Positions 1 through 16,253 of a DNA stretch of 64,000 bases are shown here, piece after piece (within the stretch, counting starts at the first letter, position 1; each line of letters starts with the position of its first letter). The stretch comes from Lobosporangium transversale (lineage: Eukaryota): assembly GCF_002105155.1 (NCBI RefSeq), contig NW_019028982.1, positions 248,001 to 312,000 on the forward strand. The letters are read 5' to 3'. A program made the translations under genes and the position numbers. The notes below the pieces were generated by a model that worked only from the letters and a program-made list of their open reading frames with translations, searched no databases and had not been told where the DNA came from.

Positions 1-1539
1 TCTTCCCTAGCCTTTTCTGCAGCCAACTTTTGTAAGCGCTCTTCTTCAGCTGCTTCGAACCCAATCTTCTCGATCCTCTCGGCCTCAGCCCGAGCACGAG
101 CCTCAGCCTCCTCGAAACTGATCGTTCCAGCCTTTTTTGCTCCAAGTTTCATAGGTTTGGATGCTGTGCCAGTTTTACGAGCGGAGGTAAGAGTTGATTT
201 GACAGGTCGTGAGGCAGTTGAAGATGTACGAGCTAGTGAACCAGATCCGAACCCAACAGAGGGAGGGGCAACAAGTTGAGGTGAGGTTGGGTTTGCAGAG
301 GGCTTTGTAGGCTGATTCCAATTTTCAAAAAAGTCATCGTCAGCGTTGGTTGCTGGCACTGAGGTCGATAAAGCAGACTTATTGCTGTCTTCTGAACGTT
401 GCTCGAGGCCATGTTTTCCTGGGTGTCTACATATTTTGTTGATTGATAAAAAGATTAAATATTGCTTCAGTTAGATAAAGGAGAAAAGGAAACATCTAAA
501 AAAGCAAAAAAGGGGGGCCTTACGCAAGCATGTCCTCCTTGACTTTTTGAGCAAGCTTTTCCTTGTAGGCAATGGCAACCTTGCTTGAATACTTTGTCTT
601 TGCATCCTTGGTGTCCGCGCCTGGGTATTTACTAAAGTATTCTCTTGCTGCTGCATTGCCCCCAACAATCATAGTTCGAAGCTGCTCCCATGTCCATTTG
701 TCCAGTACAGTTGATCTAATATAACCGTTAAAATATCAGAAATGAAGGTGGTTGGTTTTGAGTATGTGTGTTTGTGCTTTTTTTTTTTTTTTTTTTTTTT
801 TTTTTTCAAATATGAGAGCTTGATCTAGTTATGGTGCGCGAAGCATAGCGTTCAATAAAAGAGGATCCGCGCACATGTGTATGAAGCGAATATATTGAGG
901 TATTGGTCCATTTTTTCCCATACTGAGCTGGAGTTTTTTTTTTTTTTTTTTTTCTCATTGTTTCAATGCTGTCGAATGAAAGAGTATGCTATCAAATACA
1001 AACTTGCCACGTAAGTCAGCGAATGCTCAACAATCCATTCGAACTTTCATAGTCCTTACCGGACAAAACTGACGTGTGTGCCAAAACTACGATGAAGTGC
1101 GCCACAGTCTGTGCAAAGAAAGATGCCGAATGGAATGCTTGTCCAACAATTTTGGTCAATGCTTGCATGACAGTCGAAGCAGTTCTACATTACATTCATT
1201 ACATTTAAAATTTGATTGATATGTCAGTATGAGCTGACGTTCTATTCCCATGATACACGAAATCAAAAAAGTGCTTTGCTCTATAATTCAGTACGTTGTG
1301 TTGTATCAAATCAAAAGAAGCCCCCCCCTCATAAACTTGAGATGCTTCGATGTTCTCAGTGCTAATATTCAAGTACAGACTGTGACTTGAAGCACAAGAG
1401 CGCTCAATACATGTCATTAAAATAAAAAAATAAATAAAATAAAATAAAAAAAGAAGTAAAAGATATAGACCTTGTTCGCACGGTGCAAAGATAGCTTCTT
1501 GAAGACGTCTTGGATTTCTTGTTTTGTTGGTTCCGCCAT
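1..1539 (-). CDS. GLO3: ArfGAP, Glo3/ARFGAP2-3 type; runs off the window at its 3' end
   Basis: Exons 1539-1471 (MAEPTKQEIQDVFKKLSLHRANK), 1184-1060 (NCFDC...FLCTDCGALHRSFGTHVSFVR), 715-524 (STVLDKWTWEQLRTMIVGGNAAA) and 426-<1 (KLGAKK...FEEAEARARAE). All introns are GT-AG and phases match. Confidence 0.9.
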
Positions 1540-1791
1540 AATGCTGTGTTTGGGAAATAAGGGTGTAGTCGAGAAGGAATGAGAGGGAAATGAGGAGAGA
1601 CGAACAAGTTTTTTTCTTTAGTTGTTACCCCTCTCTCTTTTCGCTTGCTTTTTTGGGCCTTTTGCAAAAAGTCACGGTACACATGATATTAGAAAGATCT
1701 AGGCTGCAAGGCTGTACAAAACATGAACATCTCCCTAGACTACTAGAAATTGTATTAAAAAGAAAAATACAGCAAGGATTTTGTAACCCAT

Positions 1792-1824
<33 letters not shown>

Positions 1825-1919
1825 TGGCAAAGGGATCTCATCCATGGCATTACGATTGGAAATAAGCTTGGCACAACTTTTGTATTGTAAACATTTTATT
1901 TTTCAATTATATTACTGTA

Positions 1920-2596
1920 TTAGATCTCGTATAACCCATGCTCATACGTGAGTCCGAAACGCTTGTGGAAAGGATAAAGGCGCATACGCACATAGAACCG
2001 CCAAACGACAAAGTACATATACAGGTTGAGTACATAGTCCATTACTAGGCCAAAAATAAAGATCAGGATAAAGGACTCGATCGGGGTACTGCAATAAAAC
2101 GCCGCTGCAGTGCCTTGAGGAGAGTATCCCTTATCATTGACAGCGCCCCAACATTCTGCAGCGATATGTCCCTTGTTCTTTTCGAGTTGATAGGCCATGA
2201 CACCGATACGTGCGGTTGCAAGAAATGCAATCAGCCATTGAATATAGACGAACAGCCTTGTCAGCATGTATGACCACTATTTAGATACAGAAAGAAGGGG
2301 AAAAAAAAAAAACGAGTTGAATTAGATAGGGGGACACATGCATGTATCTTTACATCACACTGGTCAAAATTATAAAGCCCATTTACATTGCAAAGGCCAA
2401 GGAAGGCAAGACCAGCGGTACCAGCTTGAAGGACTGAGAATCCAGCAAAAAGGAGTGCCATGAGCGTGGAAAAGAAATATGGACCCCAAAGGAAGAGTAT
2501 TATAGCGCCAATGCCATTAATTGTCAACACCAATCCGGTGAGCCACATCGCGCCTCCTCGGAGAGGAAAACACAGACAACAATTGTTGCACCACAT
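1920..2596 (-). CDS. Small membrane protein with about four TM helices, Cys-rich N-terminus, unknown function
   Basis: Exons 2596-2387 (MWCNNCCLCFPLRGG...) and 2276-1920 join in phase 0 across a GT-AG intron. Four hydrophobic stretches. Confidence 0.75.
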
Positions 2597-2974
2597 TTGT
2601 ATAGAATTATCTCTTCAATTGTGTATGTTGACAGGATACAGCTTCACTTGAAGCGAAAACAATGAGTCAGAAAAGTGGTGAAAGGCGATTGATAGCTGTT
2701 AGAAAGAAACAATCAAATGTGCGGAGCAATGGGTGAATAAAAATATAGATAGATCGTTATGAGCGTAGTTTTTTTCCTTTTTTTTTTTTTTTTTGTTGAG
2801 ATTAAAATAAGGTAGTAAAGGACAACTTTTAAGTGAAGTTGGAAGAGGAGAAAACGGAGAAGTGAAGCGGGTGAGGTTATTGGTAAATGAATGCTTCACT
2901 ATTGAAATCAAAGAAAAATGAGAGGGAGAAATAAGTGGAGCGGCGAAGATTATGGCGTTCTTTAAGACTGCAAA

Positions 2975-3005
<31 letters not shown>

Positions 3006-3969
3006 GTAAGGGATCACACTTGGAAGTAGGAGATCATGAAAAGAAGGTAGGAGAAGACAAGGGGGAAAAAGATTCGCAATGATCGTAAAAAATCACAATA
3101 ATGCCGGGGTATTCATGATATTGAGGAAGAGAAGGAGAAGGCAAGAAGAAAAGAGTTGGGGAGTAATGTCCATTAGCATTATATAAAAAAAAAAAAAAAA
3201 AAAAAAGGGATGTTATATGTTTATAAACATGATAACTGTTGGAAACCAGGAGTCGTAGCCATGTGTGCATCGATAGACTGTCGAACAAACACTCTTGACT
3301 CTCTTTTTAAGAGGGATGACATTGTTTGTAAGAAAGTACCTGAATTGACTTGACGTGTGATCTACTTCATCCCAGTTAGTTGACTTCGTAATGACCTTAT
3401 CCATTTAACAGCGCCTTTGTATTTTGAAAAACAAAGATCACAACATCGATTTGGACGTATATTTAGAGGGGCACAGACCAGCTGACAACAGAAAAGTGTG
3501 GCGTGTATGACAAGACTAAAGTGACAGAACGCGATGTGCCCCTATTTTCTGCATCCTCTGACCCTTGACCTGCATGGACTGGGTCGATGAAATCATCGTT
3601 GGAGTTACAAGCTTTCCTTCCTCCCCATCCAAGCAGACAATCCTTCGTTAAATAGTATTTATAATAGAGACCGATGGCGAACAAAAGCCCATTTTTAGCC
3701 ATTCTTCTCTCACAAAAGAAAAAAAATAAAAAGCTCTTACAAGAACACACGATGTTGCTGAACATGTGCATGTAGAAGCAGTGCCTCTAATGTGGCGGGT
3801 CTTCGTCTCTTTGCATGAAACTATATTATCCATATTATCCTGGGAAATTATTAAACTAAAACATGTTGCTTTATTGATTTACAAATCATCTTTTTTCTTC
3901 ACAGAGGTTCATCATCTCATCAGCTTTGCTTCACACCAATCATAAGGCTCCTCAAAGCAAAACAACGCC

Positions 3970-5738
3970 ATGACAAACTCTGCTGCATCTGCCAGTACAA
4001 CCAGCGCAGACAGCAACTCTGGGCGGTGTAAGGCCATTGCCATCTCCACCGGACAGCGATGCTCTCGCAGTGGCAAGCTCGACGGGTACTGCTCAGAAAA
4101 ACATAAGCAGCAGGCTAATACCACCAACGGCCTTTGGGGAATCGGGCGCCAGCCAGGCGCGTCTCCATTCACGGACTCGGAGGGGGAATCTCATCCGGCC
4201 CCTACAGACACATCCAAAAAATCAAAGACTAGTAAGGCCCTCAAGGCCTTGGGTATAAAGAAAACTGCCGACGCCGAGGATATTGCAACCCCAGCTTCAG
4301 CTCCGGCACCAGTCCCAGTCCCAACCCCAGCCCCAACTTCAGCACCTGCACCGTCATCTGCCAATGCCCCATCGCATACTTCTGCTTCCAAAATAACTAA
4401 GGTTGAAAAGCCGTCTCCTGCTGCCAGGAAGGCGCCAACTACAAAAAAGAAGACAACAGCGCCCAGGAACACCAGAAGCAAGAAGAAGGTTATTGAATCC
4501 TCAGATGAGTTTGAGCCTGAATCTGATGATGACTATAAGCCATCTGATAGCGATGATTATGATAGTGATTCATACTCGGATGACATTGATGACGATGATG
4601 ATGACGATGATGATGACGATGTAGACGAGCTTACAGGAAAACTAGCGTCAGTCAAAATCAAGTCCGGTGACCCTACCTTGCCTCCTTCTACCAACAATTC
4701 TTCACCACTCAGTACCAAGGTCAAACGCACAAAGTCTAAAATTTTCACTACTAATGCGGTCTTGGCTCCACCCAAGAACAAGACAAAAGCAACTTCAGTG
4801 GCGGGTCGTCCTACAGGTGGTTTTTGGGTGCCTGCACCACCTCCTGTAACAATCCCTGAATCCACAAAGAAGATCCTTGCGTCTGTAAAGGATCGACTGG
4901 GATTGGATGAGAGCACTAGCGATGTTGCTGCAGTGGGAGGATCCCAGACTGCTCAAGAAAAGAAATCTTCTGGATTTTTTAAATACCATGCCCGTGTGCA
5001 CAACTACTTATTCTCAAATGATGATGATGATGATGTTGTAAACCCAGACTCTAAGCGTGCTGCTGTTAGGAGAATGTTCAAGTCATTTTTCCACAAGATG
5101 AAAGGATCTGACTCGGAGGGTGAAATTCCTTATCAAAAGCCCTTACCTCAGGTACCAGCTGGAAAAACAATTGGAAGTGGTCCTCAACCACGCAAGTCGC
5201 ATGGTAGCGCCGTCAATTCAGTTATACAAGATATCCAGGATCTATCAATCAAATCAGAAGAAGATGAGGTTCCTAATCAATGCCATGGATTTAATTCTAA
5301 TGGACACCGATGCAAACGCAAGGTCAAGCTGGATAGACCCATGGAGAAGGGTGAAGTGCTGATGTGCCATGACCATGAGGTGAATGAGGATGAGGAGGTT
5401 GTTGTTCATATCGAGGGCAAGGGAGGTGTATTATTGCAATGGATGGATCTTTCTGGTAAATACTTTTATGTTTTTCGCCTCACTTTTTGTGTGTATGTTC
5501 GTTTGTGCCTTCAAACCTATTTAAAAGATTCATGTTTACACACAATTATTTAGTATGGGTCAATCCCAACCTTCCCGATTATGTCCAAAACAAACTTCGG
5601 AGAGCCATGGAGAGGCCTGTCTCTGACACAGACAAACCCGGCTACATTTACGCGTACCAATTGATTGAAAGTAAGCTCCATTCATCATCTTTGTTCAGCA
5701 TAAACCTAGACAAGTAGTATATCCCTAAATGCAGTTCC

Positions 5739-5772
<34 letters not shown>

Positions 5773-6210
5773 GCAGCACGTCTCACAGACACCCACACAC
5801 TGTTCAAAGTTGGCCGCACTGATAATATTTTCCGCCGTATGAGTGAATGGTCTGACAAATGTGGCTCTCCTCCTCGTTTGATCGAAGTCTTCCCAGAGCA
5901 AGGATCTCTTGCACCCAAGGATGAAAGCGATCTGTCAGAAATAGCCACTAAGACTGCAGGTGATAATGAGGTGACTGGTCTACGATGCCGATATGCCCAC
6001 AGGGTTGAACGATTGATTCATATTGAATTGAAGCCTTTTCATGACAAGGACCATGTCTGCGCATGCAAGACTAACCACCGTGAGTGGTTCAAGGTCCCAC
6101 ACCAACCTGGACTAAGTGATTCGCAGCAGATGAAGCAGGCGTGGGGTCAGATCCGAAGAGTGATTGTGCACTGGATGGCTTACATGGAGCATGTCTATGG
6201 GCCCGGGTAA
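3970..6210 (+). CDS. MUG113/T5orf172 (GIY-YIG-like) domain protein with two C-x6/7-GxRC zinc-finger-like motifs
   Basis: Exons 3970-5455, 5554-5670, 5777-6210. Motifs PGYIYAY, FKVGRTDNIFRRMSEW, HRVERLIHIEL and HREWF. Finger-like RCKAIAISTGQRCSR and QCHGFNSNGHRCKR. Confidence 0.85.
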
Positions 6211-7074
6211 GAACACCTGCTCCGATTCCCTGGCATAGCCATTATCAGTGCCATAGTCAAGATTTGTTCTATAGATTAAATTAAACCAGACCAACAATTA
6301 TAATTGCACAATCATAATGTCTCTTTTGGGGTCCTTCTTTTTGAGTACATGTGACACATGAAGATAGACATCGTTTGTGTGCCAGGAGATTTCGGTCATA
6401 ATTTCAGGGATCGATACTAAGAGTGGAACCTCAGCGAATAGTGAACAATGACCTTGCCAGACAGACAAGGATCATGAAAAAAGGATGGGATTATTCTTGA
6501 GGAATGCGTGGATGAGCAGAAAGTACTGGCGCAATTTGGATGAAGTTCAAATGTTTCTAAAAATTCATCTTTTCTAAATTAGATTCAGTTGATTAACAAG
6601 GCAGGCAATACAAGACAAGGTAAGCAAAGAATTGATCCTTAAGAGGGATAGGATATCAGGCCATCTCGGTGATCAGCGCATGCTGATCGAACGATGATTG
6701 GCTGGTAGTAAAATGGCGCCTTTGTGTGACTGAGAACCTGCTATCTGTCCGTTCGGGTATATACGATACGGAATTGCATTGCTGTGATGGCTCTAGCGAG
6801 CTTTCCTTTACGCAACGCGTAGTTTTGAAAGGGAAAAAAAAAGTGGCCTGATTGAGTATGCTGGTATGTTGATCATAGCTCAAGGAAATGGAATTTGTAC
6901 ACATTCGTTGAAAGCTGCACTCAGCCTCCTTGAATGGACTGTTTTCCGTGTACAAAAAGGAGGTTGGGCGATCCAACCGCTAATCTCTTTTTCAAACCAG
7001 CAACCGCATTCAAAAAGATCTCTTCACTCCATCTCTTTGTCACTATCATTATCACACCATTACCATCACCGACC

Positions 7075-9205
<2,131 letters not shown>

Positions 9206-9219
9206 ATATCCAAATAAAG

Positions 9220-9281
9220 GATTTATTATTATTACAATTATTATTATTATTAGTGTTATCATCATCATCATTATTATTATT
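9220..9281. repeat. (ATT)n/(ATC)n microsatellite between convergent stop codons
   Basis: Imperfect trinucleotide repeats are directly visible. Confidence 0.8.
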
Positions 9282-9311
9282 CTCAGAGATTAATCTTCGC
9301 CATATTATCCC

Positions 9312-12300
9312 CTAACGACGACCTCTCAATCTCTCAAACTCTGCATCAATGGTGTTGTCGCCAAGTAGTGTATGATGCCCTCCTCCGACATTTGCTCCAC
9401 ATTCAGGGCAACGCGATTGCTCCATCGCCATTCCACACTCCCCAATTACATACTAAAAAAAAAAAAAAAAAAATAGATATGGTCAACTCTCTTTGTGATG
9501 ACAGAGTGGTCTGCTCATTTGGAGCTGCAAATGATATCAAAAATTTAGACTTACTGTATGGCCATTAGGACATCGGTACCAGCGTCCTGTTCCATGCAAG
9601 GTTTGCTCCACAGCCCTGATCAGCTCTATTTTTTCCTCGTCTGTCACTGGTGTATAGATACTTTCACCTTTCGCGCTCGTGACTGCCAAAACCATCTTCT
9701 TCATGATGCTCTCTGCCTTTTCATTGCATTCAGGTCGGATACCAAGAGGACAGTTAGTCTTAATCTCCTGATACTCCTCCATGAACTCCGCTTGTAGTTT
9801 GTCAGCCTCCTCAAGCCTTTGTGTCCTACTGTTTTCTTCAGATGGCAAGGGTTTCCGACCTAACCACTCTGCTCTTTTACAAATCAACTCCATGTGCATA
9901 ATGCGGGAGTATGCAACACTTCTTTCATATTTACCGTTCAAAGCTGCTTCCTTGAACTTGATAGCATGAAGACTTGCGCATCGAATCAAATCTCCAATAA
10001 ACCAGTACCAGCCTGATGAGGTACCAACTTTCTCAAGCACAGCAAGCGCAGAACCAAGGATAAAGATCAAAGCGTTAGTGCATTCCTGCAGCGAATCTAC
10101 AAATGATGAGCCGCCGTGTCCGTCCCGAGGAAGGCCACATTCTACAATACAGGCCTGGACCACATCTGAAGCAGTCTGAGCGCCTTCAGGAATATGTTCT
10201 TGGATCGCAGAGCCGGTTTCTGGGCTGAAAGAAGGTGCAGTTTTTATGCGGTACAAATGGGAGACTGCAGCATCAAACAGCCGTTTCGTAGGTGATGCAC
10301 AAGATTGTTTATAAATCTTCTTGAAACCATTTAATGATCTTATGGTTTCATCGATCAACTTCCGCCATCCTTTCTCATGCTCTTCTGAAATGCCATAAAT
10401 AGCAATGGCGCCAACGTCGCTATTTGGAAACGCAGCCAAGGGAGCAGAGTACTTCCCAAGGAGACAGGATGTCTCTGGCGGAGGCTCATTAGGCTGTGGA
10501 GGGTCATTATGCAGTCGAGAAGCAGGTGCTGCGAGTGATTTGATAAACTCTTCACGATTCTGATCCATACGAGCTTGAGCCACATCAAATCCCTGCTTTG
10601 CTTCTTTCATCGCCTTAGCTTGTTGTACCTGAAACTTTTTTGATCGCTGAGACAGCTGTGCATACTTGATACGACGCCCATAGCGGTAGATCCCAGTGAT
10701 AGGTTTGCGACAAAGAGTGCAAGCAACCTGAGCAACCTCTTCACCTGGAAGGCTCTTCGTGTCAAGGTAGGTCGTCTCGCCAGTCCTCTGATCTGTAGTT
10801 ACCCGATAGTAATTCTGCATCTCCATCATACCATCAAGGCTTGAGGCCGTCAAAGCGTGCCCACATTTCATGACCAGAATGGGATCCTCGTTTACGTCGG
10901 TCTCATCCAGAGATTGTTGCATAATTACATCAACAATCATCTCCATCGTCTTTGGGTTCTTGCATTCGACGCAGAACTCCTTGCTTGGGCATTTTTCCCC
11001 ACAAATAGATGGACAGCGATGACCGCATTGCAGTGCCTTTTCGCAGCGCTTGTTGCAGGGAAGTCGATCACAGGGTGCGCCACAAGGCATGTTGCATTGA
11101 CCTTCATGGCGACAAGCCCAAGTGCAACGCTTACAACAGGCAGCACATGGTTTATCGCATTTCTCCTTGCATGTGAAGTGATCACATGCAATCTCGCATC
11201 TCTCCCCACAAGGCGGACAGGAAGTTCCTTTATGACATTTTGTTGCGCACGCATGTCCGCAGAACTGATTTTTGCCGCATTTGGTAAGGCATTTGCCATG
11301 GTTGGTCCGTACGACCACCACGGGCACAGGCAGTCTATCTTCCTTGGCCTTGGGATCAGCGGAGGCCTTCTGGCACTCTGAGCATGGCCTAGTACAGGAA
11401 TGTCCACATGGGAGGTTACATTTGCAAGGCGCAGCGCACGAAACCAACGATGGGTCTCGATAACATTCCATGGTCATTTCGTGCTCGCAAGTTGGCAACT
11501 TCCGTGTGACTCTGACTCTGCAGACAATCTTTGAGGGGTCTTTGGCTTCCCAACAACGTGGCTGCTCATAAATATGACCGCATGGGAGGACAAGAGGTGC
11601 TACTATCTCCAAACAATTGCCACATTTTTCGCCGCATCGCTTCGGGCATACATGTTGACAAATTGGATGAAGACGTGGGCAAGCCTCAAAACACTTGACA
11701 AGCAAATGCTCCATGTCGTCCGGGTGGCCTATTTTCAAAGAATGGAAACGAAAGCAGAAGTTAATATGATATCGTAGGACAAATTCAATAATAAAATACA
11801 TCAGATATTTCTGGTATCGTGGGCTCACAATGTAAGGGGCAGACATGTCCACAAGGCATGTTACTCCCGCATGATAAGGTGCAGCCTCCATTGGGTGAAA
11901 CAATCTTGAATCCATCAGGCTCTGTTACGATGTTTTGAGCCTCCGGATGGTTCTTGCAGACGAGCGGGAAACCGTCTCCAATGCGATCATATTGTTGCAA
12001 TTCTCGCATTATTTGTGGCCAAATCCCCTTTTTCGCGTTCTCCATAAGGCCTGCGTTGCCAATGATATACATCCCATGCTGAGCTCGCGAGAGAAGGACG
12101 TTCGTGCGATTAGGAGACTTGAGAAAGCCAATAGAGCTAGATCCTGTCAAAGTCCCGTTATCGTTGACATTGCTGCGAACAAGAGATATGATCACAATCT
12201 TTGCCTCTTCTCCCTATCATAGCAAATAAGCAATGTTACAGATCATCCATAACAATCAGCTGCCATTCAAGGTATGTTTAAAATAATAAACGAGAAGGGT

Positions 12301-15300
12301 ATCATTGTTAATACGAGCTTGTACCTGGTAATTGTCGATTGTACGCAAGGTGAGGTGACTTTGTAATCCAATTTTTTTGATACCAACATGTTCATTGATA
12401 CCAAGGCTGGAAGTAGTATTCCCTTCTCCCTTTTCTTCGTCTTTCATATCCAACTGTTCCTGATCGCGCTCATCAATCATGAGCATAAAACTTTGTCGGA
12501 GTTTATCTCTGAGCTTCGATAGCTGACCGAGGTAAGGTGTCAAGACAGCAATGTCTCCTGGTTTATCATATCCATTTTTGATGAGGTACTTTGCTAGTGC
12601 TTCGATCATGTTGACTTCAAATGAATTGGCGAAGGATTGCATACCGTATTCGTCCTTGCTATCTTCTGCGTGTTGATGGTCCATGAAAAATAGGTTTGCA
12701 CCTAAACCATTAACAGGAGGATATTGGAAAACTCTCTCTCCATCTACTAGATGCGGGTATAGCGTATTCCTGATTAGACTAGAGATCTCGGGCCGCATGC
12801 GTCTCTGAATAGTCAAATGTGACATTGGCAGAGGATTGGTCGCAGTGACTAGACGCTCGAACAAAGACTTATCCAAATTATAGTTTTGTCCAATCGCAGA
12901 CTCCGTTGAGAGGTTATAGGTCTCAATGGAAGGGCGTAGCTGGAGGTGATCGCCGATGAGAATCAAATGTTGAGTCGAGACAGAGAGAGTGGCCAGGATA
13001 TGTGATTCTAGGACCTCCCCTGCCTCCTCACAGATGATAATTTTGGGTGCGACAGCGCTTATCAAAGTCTGGTGCTTGGCCGCTCCATTGGTTGTCATCC
13101 CGATGACATCTGTTTCTTTGAGAATACCCCGACGAATGTCATCAAAGGCATCACTTTTAAGTTGATCTGCTTTCTCAATTTGCTGCAAGAGATTTGATAA
13201 TTCATGCACCATTGCCTCCTGTATCTCTGGCCTCCATTTCTCTTGTAGGCGTTCTCGCTCTTTTAATGACATGTCCCATATATTGCCTGTAAGCAAATGG
13301 ATGGGACGGTTCGTGTCTGGGATATGGTGCAATATTGGGCCACGCGGCCTCAGTCGTGAAAAGTTCGAGTCAAGCGCAGCAAACTTGTTGGAGCCTGCTT
13401 GCACCTGGCTTCTAAAATCCTCTATGAGTTTTTCGTTCGCTTTCCTTTTATCTTCGATATCAACTCCAGAGATCCATCTCTTATACACTCCACCAACTTT
13501 CTTTCCTCCTACAACTGTAAATCCATCATCAGCTAATTCATCGTCGTCCCCTTGGTAACCTGGCTGTCTGTCAAATTGCTCAAACAGATCAGGATAGCTT
13601 ACAAAAAGGTAAGGCTCAACATATTCCCATTCCAGTTCCTCAGAGCGGAGCGCCTTTTCCAGCTTCTTGACCTTCTCGCAGGCATTTTCCCAAGCTACAT
13701 GGGCTGTACGAAGGGACTGTCGAACGCCAAAAGAGCGATCGCGACTTTTCATTAGGCTCTCTAGATTGTAATCCTCCAGTCTTTCAGACTTAGACCGAGC
13801 TCCTACTCGAACGATTTTCGTTATTTTTTTGTCAAGCAAGTGCTCCAAGAATTGGTCTAGCGCGTGATTCGTGTAGCAGATACATAGAATCGGTCCACAG
13901 TTCATGGCGGTTTTGTTATGTAAAAGAACTTCCATCAAATCAACACCAATCTTAGTTTTTCCGGTTCCAGGAGGTCTAGAGCGAGGTATGGTCATAACTG
14001 TCAGTAAAAATCAAATATGAAGCGTCACTTCTGTCTCAATAGAGAAAGGATCATATGCATGAATTAATGGCAGAAAAGAAGTAAAAAAAAAAAAAATTAC
14101 CCGCTGATCAATGCTACCTCCCGACATAAAGTCTCGACCAAGGCTTCGGCTTGGGTGTCATCGAGAGTACTGTATCTCTGTAGGGCACGCTTAGAGTTCA
14201 TGATAGAGTTGGGGTCAGACACATCCAACCGTTGCTGTTGGCCATTTAATACTACGGACAGATCAAATGTGAATCCTGGGGCCCGAGAATACAACGGCGG
14301 GTCGACGAGGACATTTCCAGATTGTTGCATAACTGTTTCGTCTGCTTTGCTTGGTGCAATGTACTTTCCAAAGGGAAGGGAGGCTGGCATACAGAGTTGA
14401 AGTGCTTTCAGAATAGGTCTATACGATTCGAAGAAACCACCCATAGACTCAACAAGGAACCACTGTTCTTGACTGGGTTGAGTAGTAGTAGATCTGATTA
14501 TGGTGATGTATTGAATGGGATCAGCTAGGGAGATGTGAATATGGGCAAATTTCTCATCTTTTGCCAGGTCATCTGTTTCCCGTCTTGTAATAACTCCCAG
14601 AATCATTTGAAACGGTAATCCATCATCATTCATACGGTCCTCTATTCGCCGGGCAATACACACAAGGGCTCCCTTCATCAGTCGGCGACGCGATCGTTCC
14701 CAAAATTCCATTCGTCGTTTCTTGGGAGAGTCTACTACTTGTGGCGGTTGTGCAAAAGCAACTTCAACAGAACCGCTGAGTTGTTTGGTGCATGCCAGGC
14801 CCATAAACTGGACATTGCCATAGACGTTCAGACTGACGTTATTGTCAAGGTGCTTCCGCAATTCCTTTTGCTTTAGCAAGAGTCCTTCTTGGCCTTTTTT
14901 AATCCTTTCCAGTGCAGACAAAAATCCCATCACACCTTTCCGCAGAGAATCCATTAAATCCTCGCGGTAAAGACGAAAATGAATGTCCAATTGTCGCCTC
15001 CAACCTGGGGGTATAAAATGTGGCGCATCCGGAATATCATTTGAAGGTAAGAAAGGTGGGCGATAGCAGATGATCTCGCTCATAGTCGGAAGCAAGGTGA
15101 TTTGCGATATTTCAGTCTTATCGTTGTCATGACGTGGTCCATCCTTGGAGAGATGTCCTGGAGGATCATAAGCCATGGCAAGGTTTACCATATTTGGGCC
15201 GCGAGCCCTGTTTGCTCGCTTTTCCAAAAGATTTGTAATAGAATCAATGGATTCGATAGTGATATCTTGTGCATCAATGATGATTTCTTGGAGCCTATTG

Positions 15301-16253
15301 ACCTCTCTTGTCAAAATTTCATTAGTGAAGCGACTCTCGGAGGAATTTTCAGTGACTAAAACACAACACTCTTGTTGGCGTTTCAACTTCTTCACAGTCT
15401 CTGCCATCTCAACTCTTGCATCTTTAGTGCGCTTAATCAGCTGGTAGACAAGGCGTGTGATCGCTAAAAGTGCACACTGCAGAGATGCGACTCGACAGAT
15501 CGAATCATCTGTCTCAAGTAATCGTTGACCTCCAGCGCTATAGTCTCTGAGTGATCGTCGTTCCAAGAGTTTATCCATACAGGGTAGGACACCTTCTGTC
15601 AGAAACTGCCTGTGATGCAGGTATACCATGGAGTAAATGACGCCAGTCTCACTGGTCATAGTTGATAGGCAAACAGATTCCCGAGTTAAAACCCCGATCA
15701 GTGGGAGAATCACATATTGAAATGACAGGACGCTTTTCTCGCATCCTGCATCCACATGCATAGGCATCAATATGAGCTCCTTGAGCCTGGCTAATCCCTG
15801 ACGGGAGGATAGGTCTGTAAGAATATTTGATGTGTCGACTGAGTGATGGTTGGATAGGTTGAGAAGGCATGAGTTTACAAATGTTCGGATTTGACGCTGG
15901 TCATGGAAGGCCTTAAAATCTTGCTTACGAAGGATGAAGCTTGCTATGTGTTGGGCTTTTTCTGCTGCTGGAGCAGCGACAATGATGTCGTCAGTGCCTT
16001 CACTCGCAATTTGATGAGTGGTTGGTCGCCTAGAGCTGACAATCTGGGCTCTAGCCTCATCGTCGAATCTGCCCCGCCCTCTATGGCCACCGTGGCTTGA
16101 TCCCATAGCCAAATCTCGTCCTCTTCCACCATCGTGATGGCCACGATTACTTCCTCCTCCCCTTCCCCCACCTCTAGCCGTGTTATGTCCTTGAGGTCCT
16201 TGGCCTCGTCCTCTGCCAGATTGACCATTGACGCCTCTCATGGCTCTTTCCAT
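9312..16253 (-). CDS. ZNFX1/Sad-3/Hrr1-like Upf1-family RNA helicase with NFX1 zinc fingers, RING-like segment and C-terminal RZ finger (~2170 aa)
   Basis: Exons 16253-14101, 13975-12325, 12213-11829, 11728-9555, 9452-9312. Motifs RHDND, GPPGTGKT, CYTNHALDQFL, EEAGE, LIGDHLQLRP, QRRM, TIDNYQGEE, NVLLSRAQHG. Repeated LPCGH NFX1 fingers. Ends WYRCPNGHTYVIGECGMAMEQSRCPECG. N-terminus is RGG-rich. Confidence 0.93.
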
